The notes beneath the pieces are model-generated. The model saw only the letters and a list, made by a program, of their open reading frames with translations. It was not told where the DNA came from and did no database searches. A stretch of 64,000 nt of DNA from the NCBI GenBank assembly GCA_963665125.2, contig CAXXUK010000002.1, positions 256,001 through 320,000 of the forward strand. The letters are read 5' to 3'. The DNA comes from an uncultured Desulfarculus sp. Its GTDB lineage: Bacteria > Desulfobacterota > Desulfarculia > Desulfarculales > Desulfarculaceae. Position 1 is the first letter of the stretch; each line of letters opens with the position of its first letter. Made by a program: the position numbers and the translations under genes. Shown piece after piece: positions 58,083-64,000 of the stretch.

Positions 58083-61000
58083 TTAGGCCGGGTTTGTCTT
58101 TATGCGGAAGAACAGCGTATAGAATACGGGCACCACGATGAGCGTCAGCACCGTGGCAAAGGCCAGGCCGAACATGATCGTCACGGCCATGGAGCTGAAC
58201 ATCGGCTCGGTTGCCAGGGGGATCATGCCCAGGATGGTGGTGCCCGAGGCCATGATCACCGGCCGCATGCGGCTGATGGACGAATCGATGACCGCCTGCA
58301 AAGGCGCCTTGCCCTCCTTGATCTCCAGGTCGATCTGATCCAGCAAGACCACCGCGTTTTTGATCATCATGCCGATGAGGCTGTAGGCCCCCAGGATGGC
58401 CAAGAAGCCGAAGGGCTGGTTGGTGATGAGCAGCCCGGCACTCATGCCCACGGTGGCCAGGGGTATGGTCAGGATGATGATCAGGGGCTGGCGTATGGCG
58501 TTGAAGAGCATCACCAGGATCAACAGCATCAGGAACAGGGACAGGGGCAAATAGGTGTTGACGCCCGCGTTGCCCCGGTCGCTCAACTCCTTTTCGCCCT
58601 CCCATTCCAGGGTGTAGCCCTGGGGCAGGGGGATGGCCTCGACCTGGGCCTGGATCTTGTTCAGCAGCGCGCCCGAGGTCAGGCCCGCCAGGGGGTCGCA
58701 CTGGGCCCGGATCACCCGCCTGCGGTTGTAGCGCCGCACGATGGGGTCTTCCCAGCTCAGTGATTCGGCGGCCGTGACCTGGCCCACGGTGGTGGCGCTT
58801 TGGCCCTGGCCCCACACCGGAGAGGTGCGCAGTCCCTCGGGCCCGGTGTCCTTCATATGGACCTTCACCGGGATCAGCTCGTCGTATTCCCGGAACTGGG
58901 TCACGACAATGCCGTCGGTGAGGCCTTGCAGGGCGTTGGACAGGTCCTGGCGCTCGACCCCGGCGATGCGGCCCCGCTGCTGGGAATAGTCGGCATTATA
59001 GACCAGCACCCTGTTTTTCCAGTCGTCGGTGATGCTTTTGGCCATGCCGCTCTGGCGCATGATGTCCTTGGCCTTGTCGGCCAGATCCCGCAGCACGGCC
59101 GGGTCCGGGCCGCTGAAACGGGCCTCCACCCGGTAGTCGGCCTTGGGCCCGGAGATGTACTTGGTCAGGTGGGCCTCGCCCTGGGGCAGGTTTTCGCCGA
59201 ACCACTGTTCCAGATTGGCGATCAGCCCGTCGATATCCCGGAAGTCGTGGACATTGACCACGATCTGACCAAAGGCCGTGTTGTCCGGTTCGGGGGTGAT
59301 GCTGGCGGCGAACCGCGCCGGGCTGGTGCCGATGGTGGTGGCGTAGTTCTTGATCTGGGGCAGGGTGGCCAGATATTTTTCGACCTTGCGCAGGTCGGCG
59401 TCGGTGGCCTGGATGCGGCTGCCCTCGGGCAGGAGGTAGTCGATGAAGAACTGGGCCTTGTCCGAGTCGGCGAAGAAGTTCTTGTTGACGAACTGGAACC
59501 CGGCCACGCCCGCGGCCAGCATGACGGTCATCACCAACAGGGTCAACAGACGATGGCGCAGGGTGGCCAGCAACATGCCCTTGTACAGGCGGTAGAACCT
59601 GCCGTCAAAGGGGTCCTTGTCCGCGCCGCCGCCCTTGACCTTGAGCATGTAATGGCTGAATACCGGTGTCTGGCTCATGGATAGGACCCAGCTGGCCATC
59701 AGGGCGATGGCCACCACCTGAAACATGCTCGCGCAGAATTCGCCGGTGTTGGTGGGGGCCAGATAGATGGGCATGAAGGCCAGGGCCGCGATGACCGTGG
59801 CGCCCAACAGCGGCAGAGACGTCTGCTTGGCGGGCAGGGATATGGCCTGCTCCCGGGGCTCGCCCTTTTTCAGGCGCACCAGGGCCCCGTCGGCCACCAC
59901 AATGGCGTTGTCGACGATCATGCCCATGACAAGGATCAGGGCGGCCAGGGAGATCTTTTGCAGGTCAATGCCAAAAGTGAGCATGACGATCAGCGTGGCC
60001 ATGATCGACAGGATCAGGTTGGCGCTGATGACCAGGCCGCTGCGCAGGCCCATGGAGAGGAGCAGCACGGCCAGGACGATTCCCACCGACTCGCCGAGGT
60101 TGATCAAAAAGTCGGCAATGGCTCCCTTGACGAATTCCGATTGGTAATATACGCCATCGATCTCCAGGCCGATGGGCAGACGCTGCATTATTGCATCAAT
60201 GCGCTTTTGCACGGCCTCGCCCATTGTTACGACATTGGCCCCGTTGGCGGCGGCGATGGCCAGGCCGATGGCCGGTTTGCCGTTGAAGCGCATCATCGGC
60301 TCGGGTGGCTCGTAGTAGCCCCGGCTCACCTTGGCCAGTTCCTCCAGGCGCACCTGGCGGCCGCCGGGCCGGGAAACGATGAGCTTGCCTATCTCCCTGG
60401 CCGTGTCAAAGGAGCCGTGCTCGGCTATGCGGATGCGCAGGTTGCCGCTCTCCACGGCCCCGGACCAAAGCATTATGTTCTGGGCCTGGAGGGCCTGGAC
60501 AATGGCTGCGGGGGCGATGCCCATGCCGGCGCATTTGGCCCGTGAAATATCGATGTTGATGGTCTCGGTGCGCACGCCGTAGAGGTTGATGCGCTTGACG
60601 TCGGGCACCAGCACGAGTTCGCGTTTGAGATAGTCGGCGTAGTTTTTTAATTCGGCCTGGCTGAAGCCGTCGCCGGTGAGGGCCAGGAAGATGCCGAATA
60701 CATCGCCGTAGTCGTCGCGCACGATGGATGGTCCCGCACCGGGCGGCAGGTCGGCCTGGGCCTGGCTGACCCTGCGCCGCAGGATATCCCAAAGCTGCTG
60801 GATCTTGTCTGAGAAGTTGTACTCATACATGTCCACCCAGATGATGGACAGCCCTGCGGTGGACAGGGACCGGATTTTTTCCACCTCGTCGGCGGTCTGA
60901 ACGGCCCGCTCCACCACCCTGGTCACCTGCTGATCCACCTCGTGGGCCGATGCTCCGGGATAGCTGGTGATGACCATGGCCGTCTTGATGGTGAAGGTGG

Positions 61001-61112
61001 GGTCCTCCAGCTTGCCCATTTTGGAATAGGCCCAGAAGCCTCCGGCAATGAGGCAGACCATCATGAACATAATGGTGGTCTTGTTGCGCAGGGAAAAGTC
61101 TACGATGTTCAT
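58083..61112 (-). CDS. RND efflux permease (AcrB/AcrF family)
   Basis: 1009 aa; GMIVDNAIVV, KNAVVLLD, RMRPVIM. Confidence 0.95.
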   Translation of the reverse strand: MNIVDFSLRNKTTIMFMMVCLIAGGFWAYSKMGKLEDPTFTIKTAMVITSYPGASAHEVDQQVTRVVERAVQTADEVEKIRSLSTAGLSIIWVDMYEYNFSDKIQQLWDILRRRVSQAQADLPPGAGPSIVRDDYGDVFGIFLALTGDGFSQAELKNYADYLKRELVLVPDVKRINLYGVRTETINIDISRAKCAGMGIAPAAIVQALQAQNIMLWSGAVESGNLRIRIAEHGSFDTAREIGKLIVSRPGGRQVRLEELAKVSRGYYEPPEPMMRFNGKPAIGLAIAAANGANVVTMGEAVQKRIDAIMQRLPIGLEIDGVYYQSEFVKGAIADFLINLGESVGIVLAVLLLSMGLRSGLVISANLILSIMATLIVMLTFGIDLQKISLAALILVMGMIVDNAIVVADGALVRLKKGEPREQAISLPAKQTSLPLLGATVIAALAFMPIYLAPTNTGEFCASMFQVVAIALMASWVLSMSQTPVFSHYMLKVKGGGADKDPFDGRFYRLYKGMLLATLRHRLLTLLVMTVMLAAGVAGFQFVNKNFFADSDKAQFFIDYLLPEGSRIQATDADLRKVEKYLATLPQIKNYATTIGTSPARFAASITPEPDNTAFGQIVVNVHDFRDIDGLIANLEQWFGENLPQGEAHLTKYISGPKADYRVEARFSGPDPAVLRDLADKAKDIMRQSGMAKSITDDWKNRVLVYNADYSQQRGRIAGVERQDLSNALQGLTDGIVVTQFREYDELIPVKVHMKDTGPEGLRTSPVWGQGQSATTVGQVTAAESLSWEDPIVRRYNRRRVIRAQCDPLAGLTSGALLNKIQAQVEAIPLPQGYTLEWEGEKELSDRGNAGVNTYLPLSLFLMLLILVMLFNAIRQPLIIILTIPLATVGMSAGLLITNQPFGFLAILGAYSLIGMMIKNAVVLLDQIDLEIKEGKAPLQAVIDSSISRMRPVIMASGTTILGMIPLATEPMFSSMAVTIMFGLAFATVLTLIVVPVFYTLFFRIKTNPA

Positions 61113-61127
61113 TTTGCCAACCTGCCG

Positions 61128-62309
61128 CTACATTTCCACGCCGATATTGGTTTTGGCGGCCTTGTCCAACAAACGGACCACCATATCCGGGCGCAGGCTG
61201 CCAACTCCGGCGGTTACGATCCACTGGCCGTCGGTGAGGGAGCCCTTGATTTCCGCGCCGGCGTCCCGCAGGCCCATAAGCTTGACCGGCACTTGGCTGA
61301 GCCTCCCGCTGTTTTCGTCAACGACCCAGACAATGGTCTCCTGGGCCTTTTTGTTGGCCAGGGCCGTAAGAGGCACCACATAGCTTCCCGAGTCATCGGA
61401 ATCGCTAAGGCCCACCGTTACCTCCGCCGACATGCCCGGCCTGACCAGGGAAACGGCGCTTTTGTCCAGGCTGAGAATAAGCGGATAGGTGCGGCTGGCC
61501 GCGTTGGCCTTCTGCCCCACTTCCTTGAGCGCGGCCTTGAAGCTGCGCCCCGGCAGGGCGTCGAATACACAGTTGAAAGAGGCGAAATCATTGGTCAGGG
61601 GCATGAGGTCTTCGGACAGGGCCAGGTTGACCTCCATGGCGGTGATGTCCACCAGGGAAACGATGGGCTGGCCCTGCTGCACCTTTTCGTGGTTGTCGAC
61701 GAACCTTTCGTCGATCACGCCGGAAAACGGGGCCTTGAGCACCGTGTCGGCCAAGGCGTTTTTGGCGTCTTCGAGGGCCTTGGCGTCGCTTTGGTGCTGG
61801 GCCGAGGCTACTTCAAAGGAGGCCTTGACCCGGTCGTATTCGGCTTGGGCCACGGCCTTTGTCTTGATCAGCTTGGCGTAGCGGTCGTATTGCAGCTTGG
61901 CTTCGGCCAACTGGGCCGAGGATGAGTTGAGCTTTGCCTTGCTTGTGTTTACCCGGATCTGAAAGTCTCGGGGGTCGATCTCGGCCACCACCTGGCCCTT
62001 TTCAACATAGGCTCCAGTGTCCACGCGCAAGGTGATCAGCGGCCCCCCCACCCTGAACGACAGGTTCGTATCGCGCACCGCTTTGGCCACACCGGGCAGG
62101 TTCAGCTTGCGGTTGGCGGCGGGGCTGCTTAATTGGATCGCCTTGACGGGTCGTAGAACGGCTTCGGCGGGCTTTTGCTTGGCGTCGCTGGGTCCGCAGC
62201 CGGACGCCAGCCCAATGGTTGCCAGTATGCCGCAGATCGCCATGATCAGCTTGAATGCAAACTTGATTTTAATCTTCATTTTCTTTACTTTATCCTCTTG
62301 TATCCACAA
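61128..62309 (-). CDS. RND periplasmic adaptor (MFP) lipoprotein
   Basis: Lipobox LASGC; LSFRVGG, LKAPFSGVI, RPGMSAEV. Confidence 0.93.
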   Translation of the reverse strand: MWIQEDKVKKMKIKIKFAFKLIMAICGILATIGLASGCGPSDAKQKPAEAVLRPVKAIQLSSPAANRKLNLPGVAKAVRDTNLSFRVGGPLITLRVDTGAYVEKGQVVAEIDPRDFQIRVNTSKAKLNSSSAQLAEAKLQYDRYAKLIKTKAVAQAEYDRVKASFEVASAQHQSDAKALEDAKNALADTVLKAPFSGVIDERFVDNHEKVQQGQPIVSLVDITAMEVNLALSEDLMPLTNDFASFNCVFDALPGRSFKAALKEVGQKANAASRTYPLILSLDKSAVSLVRPGMSAEVTVGLSDSDDSGSYVVPLTALANKKAQETIVWVVDENSGRLSQVPVKLMGLRDAGAEIKGSLTDGQWIVTAGVGSLRPDMVVRLLDKAAKTNIGVEM

Positions 62310-62324
62310 TCGAAAGACCTTGGC

Positions 62325-62603
62325 CTAATACGTTTGCCACACCGTATGGTGAACGAAGCCAAGGTTGCGGAAGTATTCAGTCAAGTGCCTACCCAGAGAT
62401 GTTTTGGCCTTCGGGAGGTTGTCATCGTTCCAAACCAACTGCACGTTCCAGTCTCCGGGTATGTCGCAACTTTGGAATAGAAACGCCTTTTCCGGTGCGT
62501 CCCAACCGGCCGCTCCCTGCTCTACCTCCGAGAATAACAACCGGACCAAGTGCGCCTTTTGGGGCTCGAACAGCCGAACGCTTATCGTTTCTAGCAAAAT
62601 CAT
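62325..62603 (-). CDS. Hypothetical protein in the RND operon
   Basis: MILLETISVR...KTSLGRHL...LGFVHHTVW; ATGA overlap with the upstream ORF. Confidence 0.65.
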   Translation of the reverse strand: MILLETISVRLFEPQKAHLVRLLFSEVEQGAAGWDAPEKAFLFQSCDIPGDWNVQLVWNDDNLPKAKTSLGRHLTEYFRNLGFVHHTVWQTY

Positions 62604-62917
62604 CGCGGCTGTTCCGCCCTGTTGGTGGATGCCCGGCGCGGTGAATCGCCGGCATGTCCCGTCTTGGCCAGCAAGGCTCCAAGCCAGCCCGCCAGGCAAT
62701 CCCAGAGGCAAAAACGGATCAGCCAGCCCGCCAAGACCCCGGCGACAATGGAAGCCGTCCAGTCGGAAAGCAAAAGGGCATAGTGACTGAAGGCGTTAAC
62801 GGGTACCTGTTGACCAAGCGGCAACAGATCCTGAAGGAAAAACAGGCTGACGCCAACACCGACCATGACTGAACAGATGGTGCTGATGAACTTAGAAATT
62901 GCCGTGAGCTTTTGCAT
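62600..62917 (-). CDS. Hypothetical membrane protein
   Basis: Hydrophobic segments; AGGAG RBS. Confidence 0.6.
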   Translation of the reverse strand: MQKLTAISKFISTICSVMVGVGVSLFFLQDLLPLGQQVPVNAFSHYALLLSDWTASIVAGVLAGWLIRFCLWDCLAGWLGALLAKTGHAGDSPRRASTNRAEQPR

Positions 62918-63091
62918 GGTTCGTTGCTCCTGGTTTCTTTGCCGTTACATAAGGCCGGGTCAGACCCCGGATGAGTTTTGTGAGGGCACACAATGCGGCT
63001 GTTGCCGGTCATCCGGGCAGGCAGTGGACGGCCGGCTGTGAGCGTAGACTCACCAGGGGGCTGGCCTAACCTTATGTCGGTTAATCTAGTT

Positions 63092-63107
63092 AGCGAAAAC
63101 TGTGCCA
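63092..63107 (-). promoter_or_regulatory. Sigma54 (-24/-12) promoter of the RND operon
   Basis: TGGCACAGTTTTCGCT; candidate UAS dyads TGTCAAATATGATA and TGTCATATTTGGCA at ~63158-63222. Confidence 0.75.
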
Positions 63108-63233
63108 ATAAAAATTAATGCAAATTCAGCATGTTATATATTTAGCCTTGCCGATCATGTCAAATATGATATTTTAAGATATGATATTTGATATTATGCT
63201 TCGGGAAGTGTCATATTTGGCATGGAGGCTGAC

Positions 63234-64000
63234 GTGAAGTTTAACGAGCATCATTTTTTTCATGAGGGCACCCTGCGGATATGCAGCAGCCTGGACATCA
63301 ACGAGGCTGCCAAACAATGTTACGAATTCTTGCGGGCATACATGCCCCTGGAAGGCATTGATCTCAATATCTACGAGCCCGAACTGCGCAGTATCCGCAT
63401 AATCGCCCTACATGGCGGGATCTTGAAAAACATGGTGGCCGACCAACTGGTGCCTTTGACGGACGGCAGCATCGACTTTATCGAGGACAAATTGGCCAAT
63501 TTGGAAGAGGTTGATACGGTGGTCGTGGCCAACAGACTCGACGACACGCCGGTGGCCAGGGAGATACAAAAGGGCATCGGACTGACAATGGGCTCATATA
63601 TGGTCTTGCACCTGGTGATCAAGGGCGAAAAGCTGGGCGTGGCGGTGATCTATTCCGGCCGGGAAAACGCCTTCACCAAGAAACACGCGGACATGCTGGC
63701 CCTGTTGCACGATCCTTTTGCCATCGCCCTGTCCAACGCCCTGCGCTACCGCGAGGTGGTACGCCTACAGGAGATGCTTAACGATGACAACCGGTTTCTT
63801 AGGCGCGAGCTGCACCAGATCTCGGGCGACGAGATCGTGGGCCAGAATTTCGGGCTCAGCGAGGTGATGGAGATGGTGCGCCAGGTTTCGGCCCTGGACA
63901 GCAGCGTGCTGCTGTTGGGCGAGACCGGGGTGGGCAAGGAGGTTGTGGCCAATGCCATCCATTATTCTTCGCCGCGTTCATCAGGGCCGCTGGTCAAGGT
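63234..64000 (+). CDS. GAF plus sigma54-interaction (AAA+) enhancer-binding protein, truncated by the window edge
   Basis: FFHEGTLRICSSLDI N-terminus; VLLLGETGVGKEVVANAIH Walker A. Not in the ORF track (no stop in the window). Confidence 0.9.
   Translation, partial: MKFNEHHFFHEGTLRICSSLDINEAAKQCYEFLRAYMPLEGIDLNIYEPELRSIRIIALHGGILKNMVADQLVPLTDGSIDFIEDKLANLEEVDTVVVANRLDDTPVAREIQKGIGLTMGSYMVLHLVIKGEKLGVAVIYSGRENAFTKKHADMLALLHDPFAIALSNALRYREVVRLQEMLNDDNRFLRRELHQISGDEIVGQNFGLSEVMEMVRQVSALDSSVLLLGETGVGKEVVANAIHYSSPRSSGPLVK

Overview
A GC-rich chromosomal window. The gene content (sigma54 enhancer-binding protein, TAXI and FNT transporters, Fe-S proteins, Mor regulator, stand-alone dnaA) suggests a sulfate-reducing Desulfobacterota ('deltaproteobacterial') host; this is inference only. 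About 1-10 kb is a lower-GC accessory region. It holds a glycyl-radical enzyme with an SCP2-like N-terminal domain (runs off the left edge, missing from the ORF track), an AraC regulator, two inverted IS3 copies (one interrupted by an IS5-family element), a PEGA/FGE-sulfatase protein, and the 3' half of tRNA-Leu(CAA), which looks like the att end of an integrated island. About 10-22 kb holds a giant coiled-coil/TM/lytic-transglycosylase protein, a 30-aa bS22-like ORF, an FKBP, a dnaA without dnaN beside a phased DnaA-box array (probable oriC), a MITE, a wzm-like permease, an MBL hydrolase and an HD-GYP protein. The main candidate novel system is at 22.1-31.1 kb: a compact, intact, host-like-GC phage head/neck/tail-tube operon (Mor activator, holin-like ORF, TerS, Mu-like TerL, HK97-type portal, protease and capsid, connector, completion proteins, tail tube). 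It has no integrase, replication genes, endolysin, tape measure or baseplate, and it is bounded by terminators. This is the signature of a domesticated, gene-transfer-agent-like element. The remainder is mostly housekeeping and signalling (trxC, gap, lpxC, mobA, ubiX, upp/uraA, RND efflux). It also includes a 112-bp structured tandem repeat, a receiver-domain/formate-nitrite channel fusion and a mosaic pentapeptide-repeat gene.
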